Assembly: GCA_963770895.1 (NCBI GenBank)
Contig: CAVYRF010000003.1
Coordinates: forward strand, 24,110 to 88,109
Length of the DNA: 64,000 nt
Source: an uncultured Acidobacteriota bacterium
GTDB taxonomy: Bacteria; Acidobacteriota; Thermoanaerobaculia; Multivoradales; UBA5704
Direction of reading: 5' to 3'
In this document: positions 49,776-60,200 of the stretch, in pieces
Numbering within the stretch: position 1 is the stretch's first letter
Layout of the letters: every line of letters starts with the position of its first letter
The notes under the pieces: generated by a model
The model's input: the letters and a program-made list of their open reading frames with translations, nothing else
Databases searched by the model: none
What the model was told of the DNA's origin: nothing
Made by a program: the position numbers and the translations under genes

Positions 49776-51443
49776 TCAGGCGCCGGTGAGGGCGGCGGGT
49801 GGGTCGGCTTCGAGGGTGGCGGCGGCGCCGTGGCGGGCGGCGGCGATGGCGGCGGTGACCAGGGCGCAGAGCAGGGCGGTGCTGGCGATGCCGGCCAGGG
49901 TGAGCCAGGCGCCGGTGTCGGCGGGGGTGGCCAGGGCGGCGAGCGGGGTCAGCAGGTCGAAGGGGTGGGCGGGGTGGCCGGGGGTGGCGCGCATGGCTTT
50001 GAGGGCGGCGAGCAGGGCGGCGAGCAGGGCGGCTCCGGCGCCGCCGACGAGGGCGCCGGCGGCGGCACGGGCGGCCAGGGCGCGTGGGGGCAGGGGCTGG
50101 TCGCGGTGGGGGGCCAGCTCGACCTCGAAGGCGGGCTCGCGGGATCCCCAGGGGGCGAAGCGGGTCAGCAGCAGGATGCCTGGCAGGCCGGCGGCGATGG
50201 CGAACCAGAAGAAGCGGGTCCAGCCGACGGCGTCGACGATGAAGCCGCAGAGGGGGCCGGCGAGCAGGCGGGTGACGCCGAACAGGCTGGAGAAGAAGGC
50301 GTATTGGGTGGCCGAGAAGCGCTTCTGCGTCATGCGCAGGAGGAGCACCGAGAGGGCGCCCATGCCCAGGCCGGCAGACAGGGTTTCGAAGCCGATGGCG
50401 CCGTAGAGGAGCGGCCGGTTGACGCCGCCGGCCATGGAGAGAAAGACGTAGCCCAGGTTGGAGAAGGCTTGCAGGAAGCCGAAGATCCACAGCGCGCGGC
50501 CGAGGCCGAGCGGGGTGGTGGCGGCGCCGCCCAGGAAGATCCCGGTCAGGGTGCAGGCCAGGCCGATGGTGGACAGGGCGAAGCCGCGGTCGAAGTCGCT
50601 GTAGCCCTGCTCGACCAGGAACGGCCGCTGGAGCGACTGCGCCAGGTTGTCGGAGAGCTTGTAGAGCAGCACGAAGACCAGGATGCCGAGCGCCCGGCGG
50701 CGGGCGAGGAAGCCGACGAACGGCAGCCAGACGGCTTCGCGCAGGGTGCGCGGCGCCGGCGGCAGAGCGGCGGGCTCGGGCGCTTTCCAGGCGACCAGGA
50801 GCATCGGCAGGTAGAGCAGGGCGAGGAAGGCGTTGACGGCCGGCCAGCCGAACCTGCCGGCAAGGGTGATGGCGAGCCCGCCGGCGGCGAGCATGGCGGC
50901 GCGATAGACGGCGGCGCGCGCTCCCACCGCCACCGCCTGCTCTTCCGGCTCCAGGACGTCGACGGCGTAGGCGTCGATGGCGATGTCCTGGCTGGCGGAG
51001 GCGAAGGCGATGGCGAGCGCCAGGGCGGCGACGACCCAGGGGGTGTCGGGATGGTTGCCGACGCCGGCGAGCGCCAGGGTGAGCAGCAGCAGCAGCACCT
51101 GCGCCAGCGCCGCCCAGCCGCGGCGGCGGCCGAGCCAGGGCAGCTGGTAGCGGTCCATCAGCGGCGACCAGAGGAACTTGAACGTCCACGGCGCCTGCGC
51201 CAGGGTGATGAGGCCGACGACGCGGATGTCGACGCCGTTCTTGCGCATCCAGTCGGGGATGGCGATCCACACCAGGCCCAGGGGGAGGCCGGAGGAGAAC
51301 GAGAGCAGCACGACCGACGCCGTGCGCCAGGAGCGCATGGCCAGGGCCAGGCTGGCAAAGGTGCCCGGCCGGCGGGCGGCCGCCGGGGGCGGCGCGGGAG
51401 TGCCGGCGGGGCGGCGGTCGGCGGGCGGCGCGGGATCGGGCAC
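49776..51443 (-). CDS. ampG: AmpG-family muropeptide MFS transporter
   Basis: SFSSGLPL, PWTFKFLWSPLMDR, GRRRGW, SASQDIAIDAY, SATQYAFFSSL. Confidence 0.88.
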   Translation of the reverse strand: MPDPAPPADRRPAGTPAPPPAAARRPGTFASLALAMRSWRTASVVLLSFSSGLPLGLVWIAIPDWMRKNGVDIRVVGLITLAQAPWTFKFLWSPLMDRYQLPWLGRRRGWAALAQVLLLLLTLALAGVGNHPDTPWVVAALALAIAFASASQDIAIDAYAVDVLEPEEQAVAVGARAAVYRAAMLAAGGLAITLAGRFGWPAVNAFLALLYLPMLLVAWKAPEPAALPPAPRTLREAVWLPFVGFLARRRALGILVFVLLYKLSDNLAQSLQRPFLVEQGYSDFDRGFALSTIGLACTLTGIFLGGAATTPLGLGRALWIFGFLQAFSNLGYVFLSMAGGVNRPLLYGAIGFETLSAGLGMGALSVLLLRMTQKRFSATQYAFFSSLFGVTRLLAGPLCGFIVDAVGWTRFFWFAIAAGLPGILLLTRFAPWGSREPAFEVELAPHRDQPLPPRALAARAAAGALVGGAGAALLAALLAALKAMRATPGHPAHPFDLLTPLAALATPADTGAWLTLAGIASTALLCALVTAAIAAARHGAAATLEADPPAALTGA

Positions 51444-51551
51444 GGTGCGGTCGGCAGGCGCAGCTTACCGCGAAGCAGGCGGTCGCGCGCCGCAGCTGAT
51501 AGCATTTCCGCCGGCGGCAAGGTGGCGGCCGTCGATCCTGGGAGGGTACGG

Positions 51552-52517
51552 ATGGGTGTGTTCGAGGCGGTACCGATCCTCGACCTGTCGGATTACATCT
51601 CGTGTGACACGTCGCTGCGCTCGCCGTCGATCGACGTGCTGGGCGCGGCGCTGGTCGGTTGCGGCTTCGTGGTCGTCGAAGGGCACGGCGTCGAAGCGCG
51701 CCTGATCGAGGACGCCTACCGGTTGTGGCGGCAGTTCTTTGCGCTGGAGGACGCGGTCAAGCGGCGTTATGCCGGGACCGACGGCGGCGCGCGCGGCTTC
51801 ACGCCGTTCGGGGTCGAGCATGCCAGGGACAACCCGACGCCCGACCTCAAGGAGTTCTGGCACGTCGGCCAGGAGCCGTCCGCCGCCGGCGCGGCCGACT
51901 ACCCGCCGAACGTGTGGCCGGCCGAAGTCCCTGGGTTGCGGCAGGCGACGCTGCTGCTGTTCCACGAGCTGGAGCGGGTGGCGCAGCACGTGCTGCTGGC
52001 GCTGGCCGAGTTCTTCGGGCTGCCCGAGGAGACCTTCGCGTCGATGGCCCGCGGCGGCGCGAGCGTGCTGCGCATCCTGCACTATCCGCCGCTGGCCGCC
52101 GGCGGCCAGGGCGCGGCAGACGCGTTGCGCGCGGCGCCGCATGCCGACATCAACTTGATCACCTTGCTGTGCGAGGCGACGGGCGCGGGGCTCGAGGTGC
52201 AGCGCCACGACGGCAGCTGGATGCCGGTTGCGGCGCGCCCCGGCCAGATCGTGGTGGATGCCGGCGACATGCTGTCGCGCGTCACCAACCAGGTGGTGCC
52301 GGCGGCCATCCATCGCGTGGTCAATCCACAGCCGCGGCCGGGTGAGGCGGCGGCCGGCGAACGCTTTTCGATGCCCTTCTTCGTGCACCCGCGGCCGGCC
52401 TGCGATCTGGCGGTGCTGCCGCGGTTCGTGTCCGCGGAGCGTCCCTGCCGGTTCCCGCCGATCACCGCCGGCCAGCTGCTCGACCAGCGGCTGCGCGAGA
52501 TCGGCATGAAGCGCTGA
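51552..52517 (+). CDS. Isopenicillin N synthase-family 2OG-Fe(II) oxygenase
   Basis: DLKEFW, LRILHYPP, HADINLITLL, HRVVNP, RFSMPFF. Confidence 0.9.
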   Translation: MGVFEAVPILDLSDYISCDTSLRSPSIDVLGAALVGCGFVVVEGHGVEARLIEDAYRLWRQFFALEDAVKRRYAGTDGGARGFTPFGVEHARDNPTPDLKEFWHVGQEPSAAGAADYPPNVWPAEVPGLRQATLLLFHELERVAQHVLLALAEFFGLPEETFASMARGGASVLRILHYPPLAAGGQGAADALRAAPHADINLITLLCEATGAGLEVQRHDGSWMPVAARPGQIVVDAGDMLSRVTNQVVPAAIHRVVNPQPRPGEAAAGERFSMPFFVHPRPACDLAVLPRFVSAERPCRFPPITAGQLLDQRLREIGMKR

Positions 52518-52544
52518 GCGCGCGCCGATTGCGAGGGCACTGCC

Positions 52545-53309
52545 GTGGCCGGAACCCGCAAAGCAGGCAAAGGGACAAGCGCCGCCAGGACGGCCGGCGC
52601 CGCCACGGCGGCCAGGCCGGCGAGCGCCGCGCCGCTGATGGTGCAGATGGCGGGGCGCGAGCAGTGGCGCCGCTGGCTGGCCAGGCACCACGCCAGCAAG
52701 ACCGAGGTCTGGCTGGTCTACTTCAAGCTCCACACCGGCCGCCCGACGGTGGTCTACGAGGAAGCGGTGCAGGAAGCGCTCTGCTTCGGCTGGATCGACA
52801 GCCTCGTGCGTCGCATCGACGACCAGTGCTACGCGCAAAAGTTCACGCCGCGCAAGGCGCGCAGCCAGTGGTCGGCATCCAACCTGCGGCGCTTCGCCCA
52901 GCTGGTGCGGGACGGCCGCATGACCGCGGCGGGCCTGGCCAAGGGACCGCCGGCCGCCGGCGAGGCGCCGGCCGCGGGTGGCGCGGCCGGCGGGGCCGCC
53001 GCGGCAGACCGCTCAAATCTGCCCGGCACCGCGGGAGCGCCGGTGGACCCATCGGCTGGCAGCGCTGACGGCGACACACCTGCATCCGCCAGACGTCGTG
53101 CCGGGGAGGAGGTGGCGGTGCCGGCGTACATGGCAGCGGGGCTGCGCGCCCACCCCGGCGTCTGGCAGGCCTTTTCCCGCCTCGCACCTTCGCACCGCCG
53201 CAACTACGTGCGGTGGGTGGATTCCGCCAAACGCCAGGAAACCCGCGAGCGCCGCCTGGCCGAGGCCGTCGCACTGCTGGAAAAGAATCAAAAGCTGGGC
53301 ATGAAGTAG
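52545..53309 (+). CDS. YdeI/OmpD-associated family protein
   Basis: WRRWLARHH, EALCFGWIDS, FTPRKARSQWSASN, SAKRQETRERRL. Confidence 0.9.
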   Translation: MAGTRKAGKGTSAARTAGAATAARPASAAPLMVQMAGREQWRRWLARHHASKTEVWLVYFKLHTGRPTVVYEEAVQEALCFGWIDSLVRRIDDQCYAQKFTPRKARSQWSASNLRRFAQLVRDGRMTAAGLAKGPPAAGEAPAAGGAAGGAAAADRSNLPGTAGAPVDPSAGSADGDTPASARRRAGEEVAVPAYMAAGLRAHPGVWQAFSRLAPSHRRNYVRWVDSAKRQETRERRLAEAVALLEKNQKLGMK

Positions 53310-53319
53310 CGGCTGGCCG

Positions 53320-56300
53320 CTAGGGCGGTGTCGGGGCCGCAGGCTCCGGCGCTGCGATGGGCGGCAGCGCGCCGGCGGCGAGGCGGCGGTTGAGGACTGG
53401 CAGGACGTTGTGGCGCAACGCCTCTTCGGCTTGCAATTGGTGGTCGAGGCTGGCGCGCAGGGCGGCGAAGGCGGCTTTGGCCTGGGCGGTGGGTGGGCCG
53501 TCGCCAAGGCTGACACTGGTGGCGAGCCCGGTCAGCGTGTCGTGAACGGCGGCAAGACCGTCGCCGATGCCGTCGGCGGCTGCGGGATCGCCGTCGAGCA
53601 GGCGGGCGATCTGCGCGCGCAGGGCGGCGATGGCTCCGGCGGGGCTGGCGGCGCTCTGCGGCAGCGCGCCGGCGCGGTCGGCCAGCCGCTGGGAGAGGTC
53701 CTGCAGCCGGTGGATGGCGGCAAAGCTTTGCGCGAGCGCGGCGTCGAGGCGCAGGCTGAGGGCTACCTGCGCTTCGAGGTCCCCGGCCGGCACGGTGAGG
53801 CGGGGATCGGGGTCGACGCGCAGCGGGGCGGTGCAGGTGCTGCCGCCGGCGGTCAGGCGGACCTGGTAGGTGCCGGGCAGCACCAGGGGACCGCGCGGAT
53901 CGAAGGGGGTGTCCTGGCCGTAGACGGCGTCCATGCTGGCTTCGGCGTGGAGCGCCGGCGGCGGGGGCCAGGCGAGGTCCCAGACGAAGCGGTTGAGGCC
54001 CGCGTGCTTGGACGGCGGCGCGCCGGGGCGCAGCCACCAGGCGGGGAAGTTCTGCTCGGGATCGTGGCGGAGCGGCGGGTCGGCGCTGGTGAAGCGGCGC
54101 ACCCGCTGGCCGTGGGCGTCGAAGATTTCCAGGGTGATGTCGCCGGCCGGCTCGCGCGCCAGCCAATAGTCGAGCAGGGCTCCGGCGGGCGGGTTGGTGC
54201 CGTTGGGTGTTTCGGGCGGCAGCGGCGTTTCGCGGTTGACGCCGCGCAGCAGGCGGACGGCCGGCGCCGGCGTGAACAGGTGGGCCGGGGCGGAGAGCAC
54301 GGCGGGGGCGAGCTGGCGCAGCGGCGCCAGGCCGTCGAGGACCCAGAAGGAGCGGCCGTGGGTGGCGGCGATCAGGTCGTCGCCGTGGACCGCCAGGTCG
54401 CGCACCGACGCCGCCGGCAGGTTGCCTTGCAGCGACTGCCAGCGATCGCCGTCGTCGAAGGAGAAGTAGACGCCGGTCTCGGTGCCGGCGAAGAGCAGGC
54501 CGCGCCGCTCGTGGTCCTCGCGCACCGCGTGCACGTAGGCGCCGGCGGCGATGCCCGCGGCGATGGGGGTCCAGGTCTTGCCGAAGTCGCGGGTGCGCAG
54601 GACGTAGGGGCGCAGGTCGTCCACCTGGTGGCGGTCGATCGCCGCATAGGCGGTGCCGGCGTCGAAGCGCGAGGCCTCGATGAGGCTGACCAGGCTCCAC
54701 GGCGGCAGGCCGGGAGGGGTGACGTTTTGCCAGCTGCCGCCGTCGTCCAGGGTGACCTGGATGAGGCCGTTGTCGGTTCCCACCCAAAGCTGACCTGGAC
54801 GTACCGGGCTGGGCGCCAGGGTGTAGATCACCGCCTGGTCGTTGCCGTCGGCCGCCGCGGCGGCGCTGGTGGTGGCGGCGGCGCCGCGGGCGTGGTCGGC
54901 GGGGAGGCCGGCGGTCAGGTCGCCGCTGATGAAGGTCCAGCTCATGCCGTGGTCGGTTGAGCGGTGGACGTACTGCGAGGCCTGGTAGAGGGCGTGCGGC
55001 GGCAACGGCGACACGGCCAGGGCCGTCGTCCAGGGGTAGCGGAAGGGGCCGGCGGGGCCGGGCGGATCGGGGGTGGGCGAGATGTCCTGCACCGCGTTGG
55101 TGCGCCGCGAGAAACGGTACAGGTGGCCGCCGGTGTCGCCGCCGTAGACGAAGTCGGGGTCGTCGGGGTCGGGCAGCAGGTAGCCGCTCTCGCCGGTGCC
55201 GGTGGAAAACCAGTCGCGGTAGGTGATCTGGCCGGCGTCGCTGCGGCTGGCGATGGCGACGGTGCCGCTGTCCTGCTGCGAGCCGTAGATGGTGTAGGGG
55301 AAGCGGTCGTCGGTGGCGACGTGGTAGATCTGGGCGGTGGGCTGGTTGTACCAGCTGCTCCAGGTGGCGCCGCCGTTGACGGTGACCAGCGTCCCCTGGT
55401 CGACGCCCAGGACCATGCGGCGCGCGTCGGCGGGATCGATCCACAGCGAGTGGTAGTCGTCGCCGCCGGGGGCGCCGCGAAAGGCGGTGAAGGTGGTGCC
55501 GCCGTCGGTCGAGCGGTAGAGCGACACGTTGGGCAGGTACACCACGTCGGGGTCGAACGGGTCGGCGGTGACCTCGCCGAAATACCAGCCGCGGACGGTG
55601 ATCCGCGGGTCGGCGCCGACCCGGCGCCAGGTTTCGCCGGCGTCGTCCGAGCGGTAGAGGCCGGCGTCGGCGGGGGCGTCGATCAGGGCGTAGACGCGGC
55701 GGCCGCGCTGCCCCGGCCGGCCGCCGGCGACCGCCAGGCCGATGCGGCCGAGCGGCCCGGCGGGCAGGCCGTGGCCGGTGATCTCGCGCCAGGTGAGGCC
55801 GCCGTCGGTGGACTTGAACAGGCCGCTGCCGGGGCCGCCGAGCGGCGCGTAGACGCTCCAGGGCGGGCGATGGACGTCCCACAGGGCGGCGTACACCGTG
55901 GCCGGGTGGTCGGGGTCGGCGGCCAGGTCGATGGCGCCGGTGCGGTCGTCGCGGAACAGCACCCGCTGCCAGCTGCGGCCGCCGTCGGCGGAGCGGAAGA
56001 CGCCGCGCTCGGGGTTGGGGCCGAAGCCGTGGCCGAGCGCGGCCACCAGCACGACGTCAGGGTCGTGCGGGTCGACCAGGATGCGGCCGATCTGCCGGCT
56101 GTCGGCCAGACCGATGTGCTGGAAGGTGCGGCCGCCGTCGGTCGAGCGATACATGCCGTCGCCGTACGAGATATCGGAGCGCATGTCGGCTTCGCCGGTG
56201 CCGACGTAGACGACGTTGGGATTGGAGGGGGCGACCGCCAGGGCGCCGATCGAGCCGCTCGGCGGCCCGTCGAAGATCGGCGTCCACACGCGCCCGGCGT

Positions 56301-56688
56301 CGTCGGTGCGCCAGACCGCGCCGCCGACGCCGCCAAAATAGAACGTTTCGGGCTGGCCGGGCACGCCGCTGACCGCCAGCACGCGGCCGCCGCGGAAGGG
56401 TCCCACCAGGCGCCAGGACAGCGCCGAGCCGAGCGGTATTGGGGAGGCGGGCGGCGCGGGAGCCGCGGGAGCGGCCGCGGTGGCCGATGCGGCGCTGGCG
56501 ATGCCTGGGACGGCGACGGCGACGGCGGCGAGCGGGGCGGCCGCAGCCGGAGCGGTGACGGCAGCGAGCGCGGTGATCGTAGCTAGCGCGGTGACCGCAG
56601 CCTTGGCAAGGCCGTGACGGGGGGCCGTGGGGGCGGGGCGGGAAGGCCGGCGGTGCGATCGGCGGTGGCTGCTCATTGCCGGGGGCAT
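53320..56688 (-). CDS. Secreted BNR/Asp-box (VPS10/sortilin-like) glycosyl hydrolase
   Basis: WRLVGPFRGGR, multiple S/T-x-D-G-G-x-T/S-W boxes, VYVGTGEADMRSD, ATHGRSFWVLD, PGTYQVRL. Confidence 0.88.
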   Translation of the reverse strand: MPPAMSSHRRSHRRPSRPAPTAPRHGLAKAAVTALATITALAAVTAPAAAAPLAAVAVAVPGIASAASATAAAPAAPAPPASPIPLGSALSWRLVGPFRGGRVLAVSGVPGQPETFYFGGVGGAVWRTDDAGRVWTPIFDGPPSGSIGALAVAPSNPNVVYVGTGEADMRSDISYGDGMYRSTDGGRTFQHIGLADSRQIGRILVDPHDPDVVLVAALGHGFGPNPERGVFRSADGGRSWQRVLFRDDRTGAIDLAADPDHPATVYAALWDVHRPPWSVYAPLGGPGSGLFKSTDGGLTWREITGHGLPAGPLGRIGLAVAGGRPGQRGRRVYALIDAPADAGLYRSDDAGETWRRVGADPRITVRGWYFGEVTADPFDPDVVYLPNVSLYRSTDGGTTFTAFRGAPGGDDYHSLWIDPADARRMVLGVDQGTLVTVNGGATWSSWYNQPTAQIYHVATDDRFPYTIYGSQQDSGTVAIASRSDAGQITYRDWFSTGTGESGYLLPDPDDPDFVYGGDTGGHLYRFSRRTNAVQDISPTPDPPGPAGPFRYPWTTALAVSPLPPHALYQASQYVHRSTDHGMSWTFISGDLTAGLPADHARGAAATTSAAAAADGNDQAVIYTLAPSPVRPGQLWVGTDNGLIQVTLDDGGSWQNVTPPGLPPWSLVSLIEASRFDAGTAYAAIDRHQVDDLRPYVLRTRDFGKTWTPIAAGIAAGAYVHAVREDHERRGLLFAGTETGVYFSFDDGDRWQSLQGNLPAASVRDLAVHGDDLIAATHGRSFWVLDGLAPLRQLAPAVLSAPAHLFTPAPAVRLLRGVNRETPLPPETPNGTNPPAGALLDYWLAREPAGDITLEIFDAHGQRVRRFTSADPPLRHDPEQNFPAWWLRPGAPPSKHAGLNRFVWDLAWPPPPALHAEASMDAVYGQDTPFDPRGPLVLPGTYQVRLTAGGSTCTAPLRVDPDPRLTVPAGDLEAQVALSLRLDAALAQSFAAIHRLQDLSQRLADRAGALPQSAASPAGAIAALRAQIARLLDGDPAAADGIGDGLAAVHDTLTGLATSVSLGDGPPTAQAKAAFAALRASLDHQLQAEEALRHNVLPVLNRRLAAGALPPIAAPEPAAPTPP

Positions 56689-56701
56689 GGTCGGTGCCCG
56701 C

Positions 56702-57196
56702 TCAGGCGCCGGTGGCGGCCAGCTGTTTGGCGAAGATGAGCTTGTCGTCGTCGGGGCGGTAGAAGCCGGGGATGCGGGCGACCAGCGGGTAGCCGCTGCG
56801 CTCGTAGAAGCGGATGGTGTCGCCGTAGCTGTCCTGCGAGGAGGTCTCGATGAGCAGCAGGCGCCCCGCCGTGGCGCGCACGTCGCTTTCGGCAAAGGCG
56901 AGCAGGGCGCGGCCGACCCCCTGCCCCTGAAAGGCCGGATCGACGGCGATCCAGTAGAGATCGTAGGTGCCATCGGTGAGCGGCGTCGGGCCGTGGCATT
57001 CGTAGCCGGCGACGACGCCGTGCTGGTCCACGGCGACATAGGCGCGGTAGTCGCCGCGCGGCGCCAGGGGATCGGCCAGCGCCTCGTCGATCACTTCGAG
57101 CGCGGTGGCGATCTCGACCGGGGTGAAGTTGCCGGCGGCGGTGACGATTTCCAGGATGCGGCCGCGGTCGTGCGGTGCGAGCTGGCGGATGTGCAA
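56702..57196 (-). CDS. GNAT N-acetyltransferase
   Basis: RBS GAAGGAG with TTG start; TYDLYWIAVDPAFQGQGVG, LLIETSS, FYERSGY. Confidence 0.85.
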   Translation of the reverse strand: MHIRQLAPHDRGRILEIVTAAGNFTPVEIATALEVIDEALADPLAPRGDYRAYVAVDQHGVVAGYECHGPTPLTDGTYDLYWIAVDPAFQGQGVGRALLAFAESDVRATAGRLLLIETSSQDSYGDTIRFYERSGYPLVARIPGFYRPDDDKLIFAKQLAATGA

Positions 57197-57248
57197 GGTG
57201 AGCTCTCCTTCTGCCGGCGGCGCGGCGGTACGGGGGCAGCCCTGGGGG

Positions 57249-60200
57249 TCAGGTGCGGCGCGGCTGTGGATCGCCGGGGTCGCCGCTGTCGCCGGGGTCG
57301 CCGCTGTCGGCAGAGGCGCCGGTGTCGCCGGGGTCGCTGGCGGCCCTGGCCACGGCTTCGATGGCGATGGCGGCGACGGCGGCGCCGTAGTCCAGGTCGA
57401 TGTTTTCCAAGGTGTCCTGGCTGTCGTGATAGCCGTGACGGTTGATGTCGTAGTTCTCCATGAACAGCACCACCGGCACCCCCGCGTCCGAGAAGATCTG
57501 GCCGTCGGTGTTGTAGAGGGTGCTGTGCGGATCGCTCTGTGGCCGCACTTCGCCTTGCAGCAGCGGGTGGAGCGCCATGGCCGGCAGGGTCTTGCCGTCG
57601 GCGCTGCGGCGGCCGCGCCGGCAGCCGCGGCGCGAGCGCCGGTTCCAGCCCGGCGCCAGGTCGTTCCAGGCGCGGTTGGCAAGGTGGGCGTGAAGCGCCA
57701 GCCGCATCGCCGGGCCGCCGGCGCCCGGACAGAGCTGGAAGACGTCGCGCCGGCGGTCGTTGTTGTGGGCGATCATGTCGAGCACGTAGACGCCCGCGAC
57801 GCGCGTGCCGGCCAGGTCGATCCAGGCCGGCTCGCCGTCAGGCTGGCCCGCCGGCGCACCTGCGGGGGTCGCCGCGGCCGCCGGGGCCGCCGCGGTGGTT
57901 GCGGCCGGGGCGGCCGCCGTCACCGGCCGGCTGCGCAGGCGCAGGGTGCCGTCGACCAGCGACTGCGCCAGGTGGCGCGCGCCAAGGCAGTCGGACGGAA
58001 ACTCCTCGCCGGTCAGGTGCACCAGCCAGACGTCGCAGGCGAGCTGTCCGGCGCGGCTGAGCGCCATGAAGATGGGCGCCCCGAGCATCAGCGACGCGGT
58101 GGCGGAATGGTTGTCATCGGCACCGGCGGCGGCCAGGCGCGGCCCGTGGCCGCCATGCATGTAGCCGTAGCGGTCTTCCATGTAGGCGGTGTCGTAGTGA
58201 TCGGCCATGATGATGGCGCGGCTGCGGTCGCGGCCGGGGATGACCATCATCACGTTGCGCTCTTCGAGGTCGCCCTGGCTGTTGCCCAGCCAGCCGCCGG
58301 ACCAGGTGTAATCGAAGTCGGTCTGCCAGCGGAACGGCAGGTCGCCGACCAGCGCCTGGCCGCTCATGCCGCAGGCCGCGATCAGCCGGCGATAGTGATC
58401 GATCAGGTAGTCGGCCAGCGCGTCCAGGTCGCGCTGCGAGTGGCTGAGCATGCGCTGCGTCGCCGGATCGCGCACGCAGTCGGCGTTGTCCTTGTTGATG
58501 AAGCGCCCGGTGGCCAGAAAGGCGATGCGCCGCCAGTAGGCCACCTCGAAGCGGCGGTTGGCGGTATGGCGGAAGGTGAGAGGCGCGGCGTCGTCCATGG
58601 CTGCATCGCCATTCGCGCCCGCACCCGCTCCTGCAGCCGTCCCGGCGCCGCCGCCGATCGCCGCGCGGGCCGCCGCGGCGGCCTCGCCGGGGAGCCGGGC
58701 ATCCAGGTGGTCGAGCCAGCCGTCGAGCGTGGCGACCTTGGGCAGCCGCACCAGGGCGGCGGCGAAGCTCGGCACAAGCGGCGCGTCGCCGAGCAGGTGC
58801 CGGGCATCCAGCAGCTTGCGCACGCCGCTCGCATCGCGATGGTCGCTGGCCGCCGCCTTCGTGGCGGCCAGGGATGCGGCACCGGTGCCGGCGCTGCCGC
58901 CAGGCATCGCGGGCGAGCCGTCCGCCGTCGCGGTGAGGGGTGTGCCGGCGCTGGGGGGCGCGAGCGGCGGCGCTTCCGCGGCCGCCGGGTCGGCCGCTTC
59001 GCCGGTGCCAGCGTCTGTGCCGGCGTCGGTGCCTGCTTGGCTGGTGCGGTGGGCGACGCGCGCCAGGGCGGCGGCGGCGGCGCGGTAGCCCGGCCGATCG
59101 AGCAGCCGCGGCCACAGCTCGACCGGGTGCGACAGGTCGGCCCGTTGGGCGTCATAGGCGGTCAGGTAGCCGAGCGGCGCGCCCGGCACCATCGCCGGTG
59201 CGCCGCCGCCCGCTGCCGGCAGGGCGGCCAGCAGCCGGTGCCAGTACACTTCGTAGTCGCCCACCCGCATGGCGGGATAGAGAAACCGGTAGCCGAAGGT
59301 GCCGCCGGCGGCCAGGCGCTGCGCCGCGGCGGCCAGCTGGCCGCGCTGGGCGTGCGGGCCGTCGAGCAGCAGCGTGTAGTCGTCGTTCCAGATCTGGGCG
59401 TTGCGCGCCATCGGCTTGCCGTACAGACCCAGGTCGTCGGCGGCGGCGCTGAACAGCACGTGCGCCATGCGGTCCTCGCTGCCGCCCACCGCCAGCTCGT
59501 CGGCGGTGCGCTCGACGCGCGCCCAGCGGTGGGTGCGCCGGAAGGTATTGCGGATCGGCCCATGCTGGGTGGCGGGCGACGGGTGGTCGGGGTGCGGCTC
59601 GTGCAGCCAGCCCGACTGCGGCACGCGCAGGCGGTGCAGCGCCTCGCTGCGCGCGATCGGGTGCAGCAGCGGGATCTGCGTCGCGAGCGGCAGCTCGCGC
59701 GCCAGCTGCCGATACGGCGCGGCGCCCCAGAACAGCAGGCTGCCGGGGAAGGGCAGCAGGTGCAGCTGGCCGTCCAGGTAGGCCTGGCGCACCGCGGCGG
59801 GGAGCCGGCCGAAGGGGCGGAAGGTGAGCAGGAAGCGGACGCCCGCGATGGGCTTGCCGTCCGCCAGCCGCAGCGGCGCCGTCCAGCCGGGCAGCGGCCC
59901 GTCCGGCGCGCCCGCTTCGCCACCGTTCCCTCCGTTGCCATTCTCTCCACCATCGCCGCCATCGCCAGCAGTGCCGCCGGTCAGGATGCGGAAGCCGGCG
60001 GCGAGCAGGTCGCGCACGGCGTCGTCCTGGGCGCGCGGGGTCCCGCCGCCGCTGTCAGCGCGGCGATCGTCGTCGCCGCTGCCACCGACCGTGCCGGCCG
60101 CGCCGGCTTTGGCGCCGTTGGCAGCCGCATCGCCGTCGCCGACCATCGCCACCAGGCGCTGCAGGAAGGCGAGCCCTTGGGCGGCTGGGGCCTCCTGCCC

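Noticed and set aside
51552-52517. 2OG-Fe oxygenase as the RiPP tailoring enzyme
   Set aside because: Common stand-alone IPNS-like family, 3 kb away, on the opposite strand and separated by the islet and ampG.
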